Assembly (NCBI GenBank): GCA_964498785.1
Contig: CAZCJL010000020.1
Coordinates: forward strand, 4,946 to 68,945
Length of the DNA: 64,000 nt
Direction: 5' to 3'
Source of the DNA: an uncultured Cytophagia bacterium
Lineage (GTDB): Bacteria > Zhuqueibacterota > Zhuqueibacteria > Thermofontimicrobiales > Thiofontviventaceae
Shown: piece by piece, positions 18,745-27,813 of the stretch
How the letters are laid out: each line of letters begins with the position of its first letter
Position numbering within the stretch: position 1 is the stretch's first letter
Position numbers and translations under genes: made by a program
The notes under the pieces: generated by a model
Databases searched by the model: none
Seen by the model: only the letters and a program-made list of their open reading frames with translations
Told to the model about the DNA's origin: nothing

Positions 18745-20076
18745 ATGAACCGCTTACTCTCACAACGAGATATTTATATTTTATTTTTAATACTAATCCT
18801 CTTTTCTCAGAGATCCGTATTCGCTCAACAAGCTGAAAATGATTCCAGCCGAAATTATTTACAAAATATGAATCCTAAAATTCATCCATTACGTAATCAC
18901 CAAAAAGATCGTCCAGCTTTTGAAAAAGCGATGCGAGTACCAATAAATATCGTTGAATTTCCGTTTTGGGTTATGGGAAGAGGTTTGGAAAATTCACTTC
19001 AATATATTGAACATAATAAAATTTTTGAAAAATTTGAATTTATCGAAGATTGGCTTGAAAAGCATCATATTCTCTTCGAAGATGGATCTCAGGGTATTGG
19101 ATCTGGATTAGGCCCTGCTGTTGGTTTGTTCACCCATAGTGGGGATTTAAAATTAGCGGTTTCATCGGCGTTGACCACCTGGGGCTATCAAGGGCACAAA
19201 ATCTGGTTTGAATTACCGGAGCTTAATTGCCAAACTCGGTTAGATGGTTGGATAAAATTTCAAAATCGGACCCGGGATAATTTTTTCGGTATCGGGTCAG
19301 ATTCTAAGAATGATGACCGAACGCAATTTCAACAATCGAACGTTAACGGAGGCATTGAATTTTCGTATGCTACAAAAAAATTAAATTTAACTGCATCCAC
19401 AGACTTCACAAAATATAATGAAATTAACGATCCTTTCTGGTCTGGCAGTAAGTCAACAAAGGAAAGATTCAGCGAACTTCCGGGTATTGATGGCGCAGAA
19501 TTGGTTCGCGTGGGCTTACGGCTAACTCACCCGGAAGTCTTGTATAAAGGTTTACCAGGCGTTGAAATCGCTGTTGATTTTTCTGCCGATTATTTTTGGC
19601 AATTGGATTATGACAACAATCGTTTTGATAGATATACGCTTATTTTATATCAAAGCATCCCGCTGTTTCATGGGGATAGACTTTTCGCGATTCGATGTGG
19701 CGGCTCTATGACCAATACAAAAGGAAATTTGACTATTCCTTTTTATGCACTCAATAATTTTGGCGGATGGAATTCGCTGCGCGGGTATGAGAGTTTAAGA
19801 TTTAGAACCCTGGATTGGGTGCTTTTGAATCTGGAATATCGATATCCGATTATGGATATCGGTCTTGAAAATGGATTCGCAATTGATTTCCTCTATTTTT
19901 TTGACGCTGGCATTCCTTCAAATGAAATTGAAAATGATTTAAATATTAAAAATATTTTAAAAACTTACGGAGCAAGCATTCGCTTGCGAAAAAAACTCGG
20001 TGTCATTTTGCGGCTTAGTATTGCAAGAAGTTCAGAATCAACTTTAATCGGATTAAAAATTGGAAAGGATTTTTAG
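18745..20076 (+). CDS. Omp85/BamA-superfamily outer-membrane beta-barrel protein (no POTRA array evident)
   Basis: 443 aa with a signal peptide (…ILFSQRSVFAQQ). C-terminal region FLYFFDAGIPSNE…YGASIRLRKKLGVILRLSIARS…GLKIGKDF resembles the conserved Omp85 barrel C-terminus (FFDAGN…GLGLR…) and ends in an aromatic residue (F). Confidence 0.6.
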   Translation: MNRLLSQRDIYILFLILILFSQRSVFAQQAENDSSRNYLQNMNPKIHPLRNHQKDRPAFEKAMRVPINIVEFPFWVMGRGLENSLQYIEHNKIFEKFEFIEDWLEKHHILFEDGSQGIGSGLGPAVGLFTHSGDLKLAVSSALTTWGYQGHKIWFELPELNCQTRLDGWIKFQNRTRDNFFGIGSDSKNDDRTQFQQSNVNGGIEFSYATKKLNLTASTDFTKYNEINDPFWSGSKSTKERFSELPGIDGAELVRVGLRLTHPEVLYKGLPGVEIAVDFSADYFWQLDYDNNRFDRYTLILYQSIPLFHGDRLFAIRCGGSMTNTKGNLTIPFYALNNFGGWNSLRGYESLRFRTLDWVLLNLEYRYPIMDIGLENGFAIDFLYFFDAGIPSNEIENDLNIKNILKTYGASIRLRKKLGVILRLSIARSSESTLIGLKIGKDF

Positions 20077-20077
20077 A

Positions 20078-21796
20078 ATGAAGTGGTACTTTCCGTTGTT
20101 AATGATATTCGTTTTCTTTTACATTGTCAGTTGTGCCGGCCCATCAAGAGATTTAATCGTTGCCGGAAAATTAGATGATCTGCATGATCGAGAACCGATT
20201 CCGGAACCTGAATTGAGATCACCAAATCAATACTATGATTTTATTGATCGTGCAATATTTAAGCAAGTCCATTCCATATTTGACCTGCCGCGGCACGTGC
20301 GAGCAATTACTGCGCAGCCAAAACAGGCAATTAATGTTGATGCGTTTGATGAAGTTCCAAATTCAACATGGTTTACTAACCGTGCGTATCGAATTACTTA
20401 TAAAGAAGCGCTTAATGGCCCGAACGAGTTTGATGGCCCGGATATGTCTGCGCCATGGATTGTAAAAGGTGTAAAAACACAAGGTATTACACCTGGATTT
20501 CGTATTAAGGATCGTCAAGGAGATATCTACTTGTTAAAATTTGATCCGATTAGCAATCCGGAATTAGCCACTGGCGCTGAAATAATTTCGACGAAACTTT
20601 GTTGGGCAATCGGCTACAATACGCCTGAAAATTACCTGGTATTTTTTAAACCAGAGCAGCTCCTTATTAAAGGAGAGGTAAAACTTGTTGATGAGTTTGG
20701 TTATGATCGAATCTTGAAACCAGAGGACGTGACCCAAATTTTGACTTTTGTTCCCAAATTATCCGACGGTCGGATCAGGGCGGTTGCAAGCAGATTTTTG
20801 CCAGGAAAGCCAATTGGACCTTATTCATATTTCGGCACCCGGCCGGATGATAGCAACGACGTATTTCGCCATGAACATCGACGTGATTTACGCGGACTTT
20901 ACGTATTTGTGTCATTAATCAACCATAATGATATTCGTCGTATTAATTCATTGGACATGTATTGTTCGGAGGGATATATCAAGCATTACTTGATCGATTT
21001 TGGCTCAACTTTAGGAAGTGGTGCGACATCTGAGAATTTGCGAAGCGAAGGCTTTCAATATCAATTGGATTATGGTGAAATTGCAAAAGCCTTTTGCAGT
21101 TTCGGAATGTATACTTTTCCCTGGCAACGCATGAATCTGGAGTCCGGTTTTGAATCAATCGGGTATTTTAGCGGAAAATACGTAAATCCTGGCAAATGGA
21201 AACCGAACTATCCAAATCTTGCGTTTCAACGGTTAACAAACAGAGATGGTTACTGGGGCGCAAAAATTGTTATGAGTCTCACTGATGAGATAATCACGGG
21301 TATCGTTAAACAGGCACAATATTCTGATAAGGATGCTGAAAAATACATGACCAATACTCTCATTCAAAGAAAAAATACGATTGGTAAATATTGGTATCAA
21401 CAGGTGAGTCCACTCGATTGGTTCAAAATTTCAAATTTAACTAATGAAAATGGCCAGTTTTTTTCGTTTACTGATCTGGCAATTTATGAAAAATTCGAGA
21501 ATCAGGAAAATACCCGCTATAAAATTGAACTTAAATATAACAAGGCAACTGGTAGCGATCCATCAATTTTTGATGAAACAGTGATAAACACAGGCAAATT
21601 TCTAATTAGCCCTGAGATCGTTAAAATGGCTGATAAATTATGCATAAACAAGAAAAATCCGAATGAGCGTTTATTTTACATTCAAATTTTAACACAACGT
21701 AAAAATAAACCTGACTGGAAAAAAATCGTTAAAGTCCATTTACTTTTTGAGGACATCGATAGCGGTTTTAAAATAGCCGGAATTGAACGAAAATAA
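20078..21796 (+). CDS. Lipoprotein with protein-kinase-like (PKL) fold motifs
   Basis: Start at the ATG at 20078, directly after the upstream stop. Signal plus lipobox (MKWYFPLLMIFVFFYIVSCAG). Candidate motifs are beta3-Lys DIYLLKFDP, alphaC-Glu PELATGAEIIS, catalytic-loop HxDxxxxN in LINHNDIRRINSL, and the DFG metal-binding motif in YLIDFGSTLGSG. Confidence 0.55.
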   Translation: MKWYFPLLMIFVFFYIVSCAGPSRDLIVAGKLDDLHDREPIPEPELRSPNQYYDFIDRAIFKQVHSIFDLPRHVRAITAQPKQAINVDAFDEVPNSTWFTNRAYRITYKEALNGPNEFDGPDMSAPWIVKGVKTQGITPGFRIKDRQGDIYLLKFDPISNPELATGAEIISTKLCWAIGYNTPENYLVFFKPEQLLIKGEVKLVDEFGYDRILKPEDVTQILTFVPKLSDGRIRAVASRFLPGKPIGPYSYFGTRPDDSNDVFRHEHRRDLRGLYVFVSLINHNDIRRINSLDMYCSEGYIKHYLIDFGSTLGSGATSENLRSEGFQYQLDYGEIAKAFCSFGMYTFPWQRMNLESGFESIGYFSGKYVNPGKWKPNYPNLAFQRLTNRDGYWGAKIVMSLTDEIITGIVKQAQYSDKDAEKYMTNTLIQRKNTIGKYWYQQVSPLDWFKISNLTNENGQFFSFTDLAIYEKFENQENTRYKIELKYNKATGSDPSIFDETVINTGKFLISPEIVKMADKLCINKKNPNERLFYIQILTQRKNKPDWKKIVKVHLLFEDIDSGFKIAGIERK

Positions 21797-21824
21797 TCCG
21801 GTAAAATATGAAAGCGAGTACAAT

Positions 21825-23051
21825 TTGCATCACTTTATTAATAAATTTATAATAAAAATTGGCTTGATTTTGATAGTGATCTTTTATTCCTGTGCAAATA
21901 AAGGACTTGTGAGCGAGACATATAACAAAGACTATTATCAAATTACAAAACTGCTTCCGGAAAATAAAATCGAACAATCCGCTGTAAATTTTTTAATTTA
22001 TAGCGATAATCAGGCTGGATGGCGGATACAGCACAAATTTTTGGACAAATCACGATGGACAAGCCCTAAAATGCTACTGTTTCCATTTTATGAGATTTAC
22101 CTGTTAACAAATGGAGTTATCGGCGGTATTAATGGTCTTCGACATGTCCCTGATTATGGTAAAAATGAACGATTAATGATGCGGGATGTTATTTATTCAA
22201 CTGCACAAAAAATGGATGCTGCATTTATTTTAAACATCGGCGATATTAATGCTTACGATGGCAGACGCCCCGATCATTGGGAAACTTTCTTAAAAGAAAA
22301 CAAGCAAAACCATAATTTATTAAATGAAATTCCCTATTTACCGGTTATCGGAAATCATGAATATGCGAATGATCCCCACTATGGTTATCCGAATTATAAA
22401 GCAATTTTTGGTTATCCACGATTTTATGTAATCGAATTTCCGCAGGCAGCTATTTATGTTGTTGATTCGAATTATATACTCGATCAAAATCAATTCATTG
22501 AGAATAGCGTTCAGGACCAGTTGTTTACAAAGTGGTTTGTGCGGGATAATTTTACTGATACCCTCGCCTGGCTGGAAAAAAAGTTAATTGAATATGATAA
22601 GCCATTGACGATCGTGGCAATGCATCATCCATTGGTTACTTTTGGGAAGCATTATCAGGATTGGCACAATCCTGGGTTTGGGAATGCATTAATTGAGAAA
22701 CGAAACAAACTGATCGATCTTTTTCATAAATATGATGTGGATGTTGTTTTCTCAGGACATGAGCATTCTTATCAACATAATACGTCTACGTCCGAGGGCA
22801 GTAAAATACATTTTCTGGTTGGCGGAGGAGGCGGTACTCCGTTAAGAAATCCGCCAGATGAAGAAACTCAATTTAATATTTTAAATGAATACAAACAAGA
22901 GGGTCATGATGTACAAAATATTTCACTGGCGAAAATTTATCATTATTATACAATTAATATTGAAAATAATGAAATGACAATCAAAGTCATGAAAGTTAGC
23001 AAAAATATTGAACTCCCGATAGAGAAAATAAAAATAGTTGCTCCCAAATAA
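21825..23051 (+). CDS. Exported calcineurin-like metallophosphoesterase (purple-acid-phosphatase-like)
   Basis: Motifs GDINAYDG (GDxxY), VIGNHEY (GNHE), MHHP and FSGHEHSYQH (GHEH) give the complete metallophosphatase signature set. The tracked ORF starts at TTG 21783. An in-frame TTG at 21825 yields a clean lipoprotein-type signal (MHHFINKFIIKIGLILIVIFYSC). Confidence 0.7.
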   Translation: MHHFINKFIIKIGLILIVIFYSCANKGLVSETYNKDYYQITKLLPENKIEQSAVNFLIYSDNQAGWRIQHKFLDKSRWTSPKMLLFPFYEIYLLTNGVIGGINGLRHVPDYGKNERLMMRDVIYSTAQKMDAAFILNIGDINAYDGRRPDHWETFLKENKQNHNLLNEIPYLPVIGNHEYANDPHYGYPNYKAIFGYPRFYVIEFPQAAIYVVDSNYILDQNQFIENSVQDQLFTKWFVRDNFTDTLAWLEKKLIEYDKPLTIVAMHHPLVTFGKHYQDWHNPGFGNALIEKRNKLIDLFHKYDVDVVFSGHEHSYQHNTSTSEGSKIHFLVGGGGGTPLRNPPDEETQFNILNEYKQEGHDVQNISLAKIYHYYTINIENNEMTIKVMKVSKNIELPIEKIKIVAPK

Positions 23052-23087
23052 ATTTCTAATAATCGGATAATTACGTTAGGAGTTTTT

Positions 23088-24422
23088 ATGACCGGTCAAT
23101 TAAAAACAATAATGAACATCCGGCGGGATGAACTACCGTTTTCATTGTTCATGTTTACCTATTTTTTTCTAATCATTACAAACTTCTGGATTTTAAAGCC
23201 CTTAAAAAAAGGCTTATTTATCGGTTTTTATAAAGTGCGGGAAGGAGTAGATCTGTTCTCGTGGCATTTATTGGGTTCGCAAGCAGAACTTCTTGCAAAA
23301 GTATTGAATATGGTTGTCGCATTTTTCGCAGTTATTGTATTTACGTGGCTTGCCAGAAAATTCAGGCGACAACAACTTACATATATTTTTTCTGTATTTA
23401 TCGCATTCTGTCTGATTATATTTTCATTTGTAATCAATAAACCCAATGATTTAACCGTCTGGTTATTTTACTTGTTTGGCGACCTCTTTAACACATTAAT
23501 GGTCGCCACATTTTTTTCATTTCTAAATGATAGTGTAAATACTGATTCTGCCAAACGACTTTACGGTTTAGTTGTGCTCGGCGGTGTAACAGGAGGTGTT
23601 TTCGGAACTCAATTTGTGCGCATCTGGATTGATGACATGACAATGATTTCATGGCTCTGGATTTCCCTTTTTATTACCATCCTTATTGCGTTGATAGCGG
23701 GACTTGCCGGACGTATGGTTAAAGAAAATAACTTTGACGAGATTAAAAGCAAACCAACAATCAATGATAAAACAATAAAAACAAACGCTGCTATCGAAGG
23801 TGCCAAATTAGTTTTTAAATCAAAATACTTACTTGCTATTGTTGGTATTGTTGGATTTTATGAAATCCTTTCAACAGTCATGGATTTCCAATTTTCCGCG
23901 ACTATCGAACATTATCTTCATACGGAAGAAGCAATTGGCAAACAATTCGCAACAGTATTTTCGATTACGAACATCGTTGCACTGGTCGTCCAGCTCTTTC
24001 TGACAAGTTTTATTATGACAAAGTTTGGACTGACAGTTGCATTACTGATTTTACCATGCGCAATTATGTTTGGTTCGTTTACATTTTTAGCTTTTCCAAT
24101 TTTATGGGTTGGAAGTTTTCTGAATACGGCAGATAATGGTTTTAGCTATTCAATAAACCAATCAGCTAAAGAAGCGCTTTATGTTCCGACAAGCAGAGAC
24201 GAAAAATACAAAGCCAAAGCCTTTATCGATATGTTTGTGCAACGATTTGCCAAAGCATTAGCTGTTGGTATTAGCTTATTGATTACCACCATTTTTCGTG
24301 ATTTCTCCAGTATACGATGGCTATCCTTAATAACAATCATTGTTGTTGTTATTTGGATTCTTGTAGTTAGATTTGCTGGTAATAAATTTAACGAGTTGGC
24401 TCCTTCAAAGAAGAATGACTAA
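23088..24422 (+). CDS. TLC-family (ATP/ADP translocase-like, Npt-type) nucleotide transporter homolog
   Basis: 444 aa, ~12 TM. N-terminal ELPFSLFMFTYFFLIITNFWILKPLKKGLFIG resembles the TLC N-terminal signature (L.LMFFLI.FNY.ILR.LKD.L). DSAKRLYGLVVLGGVTGGVFG resembles the TLC AKRFYPLFG.GAN motif. Confidence 0.6.
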   Translation: MTGQLKTIMNIRRDELPFSLFMFTYFFLIITNFWILKPLKKGLFIGFYKVREGVDLFSWHLLGSQAELLAKVLNMVVAFFAVIVFTWLARKFRRQQLTYIFSVFIAFCLIIFSFVINKPNDLTVWLFYLFGDLFNTLMVATFFSFLNDSVNTDSAKRLYGLVVLGGVTGGVFGTQFVRIWIDDMTMISWLWISLFITILIALIAGLAGRMVKENNFDEIKSKPTINDKTIKTNAAIEGAKLVFKSKYLLAIVGIVGFYEILSTVMDFQFSATIEHYLHTEEAIGKQFATVFSITNIVALVVQLFLTSFIMTKFGLTVALLILPCAIMFGSFTFLAFPILWVGSFLNTADNGFSYSINQSAKEALYVPTSRDEKYKAKAFIDMFVQRFAKALAVGISLLITTIFRDFSSIRWLSLITIIVVVIWILVVRFAGNKFNELAPSKKND

Positions 24423-27225
24423 ATTAATTCGAAAAATACTGAATATAAATGAAGGTGAAGGATTAAAAGTATTTTTGATGTTTAGCTATATTTTTTTAGC
24501 TATCGCATCTCTTTTAATCGTTAAACCAGTTCGTAATTCTCTTTTTCTGAGCCATTTTGGTGTTGAAAAACTGCCGTACGCTTTTATTTCAGTTGCAGTA
24601 AGTGCAGCTATTTTTACAAATTTCTATTCCAGATATGCAAAGAAAATCCGCTTAAATATATTAATTTTCTATACAACCGTCTCATCCATTTGCTTTTTAA
24701 TTGTATTTTGGATTTTAATATTTTTAAATAGTAACGAAGGTTGGTTTTATTATTTTGTATATGCATGGGTTGCCCTTTTCGGTGTAATCACCACCTCACA
24801 ATTCTGGTTATTAGCAAATTATGTGTTCAATGCTCGTCAGGCAAAAAGATTATTCGGATTGATAGGAGCAGGTGCTATTTCGGGCGGAATCTTTGGCGGT
24901 TACCTGACCAAATTTCTGGCTCCGATAGTTGGAACAGGGAATTTATTTTTCTTTTGCATTTTTTTCCTGCTTCTTTGCCTCGTGATTATGAAAAAAGTCT
25001 GGAAACAAGGCGCCAGACAAACATATTCTGAGCGAATTCAGCAGGAAAAACGTATCCGAAAAAAATTAACTACCGACAAACCATTTGAATTGCTACAAAA
25101 ATCGAAGCATCTTTCGTATATCGCTGCTATCGTTAGCGTAGGAGTAATTGTTGCAAATCTAGTAGATTATCAATTTAGCGCCATTGCAAGTAATATCATT
25201 AAAGACGAAGATAATTTAACTGCTTTCTTCGGATTCTGGCTTTCCAATTTAAGTATTGCTTCACTATTAATACAATTGTTATTAACCGGTCGTAGTCTTA
25301 AAATATTCGGAGTCACGACTTCTCTCTTCTTTCTGCCATTTGGTATTTTAATTGGCGCGTTGGGCATTCTTTTCGATCCCAGGTTATGGTCTGCTGTTTT
25401 TATTAAGGTTTGTGACGGTAGCTTTAAGCAATCCATTCATAAGGCTAGTCTTGAGTTATTAGCTCTCCCCCTTCCAACCTCCTTAAAAAATCAAGGCAAA
25501 GCGTTTATTGATGTTTTTATCGATAGCCTGGCGACAGGAATCGGTGGAATATTTTTAATTATTTTTACGCAACAGTTCGGATTTTCTGTGCAACAAATCA
25601 GTTTTGTTTTAATTATATTCATAATTATTTGGTTTTACTTAATTAAGTCGGTAAAACAGCAATATATCAACTCATTTCGAACAGCAATTGAAAAAAGGTC
25701 AATCGATCTGCAAGATCAATATCTTAATATTCAGGAAGCATCTGTATTAAATAACATTTTAAAAATCCTTGATAGCAAAAACGAGCGACAAATTCTCTAC
25801 ATTCTTCAATTAATTGAAAATGTTAAAAGTGAACGTCTCATCCCTTATTTTAAAAAATTGATCAAACACCGATCCCATGAAATCAAAATACAGACATTGC
25901 GAATGATGAGAAATTATGAACACATTGATTTTGTTGATGATGTACGAAAGCTGACACAGGATTCCAATTTCAATGTAAAAGTTGAGGCGATTCGTTCTAT
26001 TTACGCAAATTCCAAAAACCGAAATCACGATTTAGAAAAATTATTAGTTGATCAGGATATTTTCATTCGAAGTGCGGCCTTACTATCCTCAGCTTATGAA
26101 CACAGAGATAGTAAGGAATTTCGAAAATCATTTAATATTAAAAACTTATTTGATCAATTTGTTGATAAATTTAGTGAGAAAAGTTTTCATCAGGAAGAAA
26201 TTGACTTTATGAAGACTGTCCTTGCAAAGGTAATTGGAATTTCAAAAATGACTGAGCTTTATCCATTTCTAAAAAATTTATTATTCGATAAAAATATAGA
26301 TGTTGTGCAAGAAGCGACAATTAATGCTGGTTTAACCAGACACAAAATGTTCTTCGAGATTCTTATACAATATTTAAACAAACACACTGTCAGAAAATAC
26401 GCTCGTAACGCGCTGGCAGAATATGAGAATGATGTTATTAATCCCCTAAAAAATTTATTGGAAAATGAAAAAGAAGACTATCAGTTGCGCAACGCAATTC
26501 CCAAAGTTTTGGCATTAATTGGAACCCAAGAATCAGTTAATCTATTGTTAGATAACTTGCTTCAGGAAGATTTAGCATTACGGTTTCAAATACTTCGGGC
26601 ATTAAACAGGTTACGAACGAATTTTCCATACTTAAAATTTGGGGACAACCGAATCCGAAATAGTATTGTTTTTGAGAGCAAAAATTACCATAAAATTTAC
26701 TCTTATTTATCAAATAGTGAATTGCTTGATAGCTATAACATCCAACACATACCTGATCATAAAAAAGCAAAAAAATCTCTCGATTTATTATTAACCTTAT
26801 TAAATGAACGTCTTGATAATACTCTTGAAAGAATATTTCGTCTGCTTGGTTTAAAATATTCATCTGGCGATATGTATAACGCTTATAGAGCGATAACAAG
26901 CAATAGCCCGGATTTGCGAGCGAATGCTGTTGAATTTCTCGAAAATATTCTGGACCCGAATTTAAAACGGATTATAATTCCAATTATAGAATATTCAACC
27001 AGTGCTTTGCTATCTGAGGAATTTAACTTCTCCCGAAAAGATGGTATGTTCCTGGAGCTATTAAAAGAAAAGGATTCATGGCTAAAAGTATGTACTATTT
27101 TCTATATTGCCGAGACTAACATGAACCATTATCAATCTGAAATAAAAAAACTAACAATGGATCATGATTCCACTGTTAAAGAAACCGCTGAATACGCTCT
27201 TGATTTATTAATAAATAGAAAATGA
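24415..27225 (+). CDS. TLC-family transporter domain fused to a C-terminal cytoplasmic HEAT/PBS-lyase-type repeat domain
   Basis: Start at the ATG at 24415 (MTKLIRKILNI…). ATGACTAA gives an 8-nt overlap with the upstream stop, suggesting translational coupling. The first ~440 aa have 12 TM, with GLKVFLMFSYIFLAIASLLIVKPVRNSLFL and QAKRLFGLIGAGAISGGIFGG motifs. The last ~500 aa are soluble alpha-helical repeats (e.g. ERQILYILQLIENVKSERLIPYFKKLIKHRSHEIKIQTLRMM…NVKVEAIRSI). Confidence 0.6.
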   Translation: MTKLIRKILNINEGEGLKVFLMFSYIFLAIASLLIVKPVRNSLFLSHFGVEKLPYAFISVAVSAAIFTNFYSRYAKKIRLNILIFYTTVSSICFLIVFWILIFLNSNEGWFYYFVYAWVALFGVITTSQFWLLANYVFNARQAKRLFGLIGAGAISGGIFGGYLTKFLAPIVGTGNLFFFCIFFLLLCLVIMKKVWKQGARQTYSERIQQEKRIRKKLTTDKPFELLQKSKHLSYIAAIVSVGVIVANLVDYQFSAIASNIIKDEDNLTAFFGFWLSNLSIASLLIQLLLTGRSLKIFGVTTSLFFLPFGILIGALGILFDPRLWSAVFIKVCDGSFKQSIHKASLELLALPLPTSLKNQGKAFIDVFIDSLATGIGGIFLIIFTQQFGFSVQQISFVLIIFIIIWFYLIKSVKQQYINSFRTAIEKRSIDLQDQYLNIQEASVLNNILKILDSKNERQILYILQLIENVKSERLIPYFKKLIKHRSHEIKIQTLRMMRNYEHIDFVDDVRKLTQDSNFNVKVEAIRSIYANSKNRNHDLEKLLVDQDIFIRSAALLSSAYEHRDSKEFRKSFNIKNLFDQFVDKFSEKSFHQEEIDFMKTVLAKVIGISKMTELYPFLKNLLFDKNIDVVQEATINAGLTRHKMFFEILIQYLNKHTVRKYARNALAEYENDVINPLKNLLENEKEDYQLRNAIPKVLALIGTQESVNLLLDNLLQEDLALRFQILRALNRLRTNFPYLKFGDNRIRNSIVFESKNYHKIYSYLSNSELLDSYNIQHIPDHKKAKKSLDLLLTLLNERLDNTLERIFRLLGLKYSSGDMYNAYRAITSNSPDLRANAVEFLENILDPNLKRIIIPIIEYSTSALLSEEFNFSRKDGMFLELLKEKDSWLKVCTIFYIAETNMNHYQSEIKKLTMDHDSTVKETAEYALDLLINRK

Positions 27226-27250
27226 TATCATTTAATAGCAGGTTTTTATC

Positions 27251-27676
27251 ATGTTAACAATTGTTGAAAAAGTTTTATTTCTTCAGGATGTGGATATCTT
27301 TGAGAACACAACGACAGAGGATCTTTCCCATATTGCCGCAATTACAGATGAAATCAATTTTAAGGCAAATACTGATATATATCAGATTGGAGATGTGTCT
27401 GACTCAATGTATTTGGTTATTGAAGGTAAAGTGCGGCTACATCATAACGACCGACAGGTGATGATAGCCCAAATAAAAGATGTATTTGGTACATGGGCTC
27501 TTTTTGATGACGAACCCCGCGTGGTAACAGCTACAACACTGCAAGATTCGGTATTGCTCAAAATTAACCGGGAAGAATTTTACGATTTATTGGCTGATCA
27601 CTTACAAATAACATTAGGAATTTTGAAAACGCTATCGAAACGACTGCGTGGGCTGGTGAATAGTGTCCGAAAATAA
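27251..27676 (+). CDS. Cyclic-nucleotide-binding (cNMP/CAP-effector) domain protein, stand-alone
   Basis: 141 aa. FLQDVDIFENTTTEDLSHIA…IYQIGDVSDSMYLVIEGKVRL…RVVTATTLQDSVLLKINREEF follows the cNMP-binding beta-roll pattern. No DNA-binding HTH is present. Confidence 0.7.
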   Translation: MLTIVEKVLFLQDVDIFENTTTEDLSHIAAITDEINFKANTDIYQIGDVSDSMYLVIEGKVRLHHNDRQVMIAQIKDVFGTWALFDDEPRVVTATTLQDSVLLKINREEFYDLLADHLQITLGILKTLSKRLRGLVNSVRK

Positions 27677-27720
27677 CACAAATAGGTCGAAACGGAAAAG
27701 CAAATTTTTTAACTAGATGC

Positions 27721-27749
27721 TTGCAATTTACAATCGTTTTTATTATATT
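27721..27749 (+). promoter_or_regulatory. Candidate sigma70-type promoter (TTGCAA-N17-TATATT) upstream of the REC gene
   Basis: TTGCAA at 27721-27726, a 17-nt spacer and TATATT at 27744-27749, ~65 nt upstream of the ATG at 27814. Confidence 0.35.
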
Positions 27750-27813
27750 GACTAATATTTATTTCTGATCTTGATGATTTATTCTAATTCTTCAAAAAGG
27801 AGATAATTTTTGT

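Noticed and set aside
20060-20077. TTG start at 20060 for the kinase-like lipoprotein (MERIFRMKWYF…)
   Set aside because: It would overlap the last six codons of the Omp85-like gene. The ATG at 20078 lies 1 nt after that stop and gives a proper lipoprotein signal.
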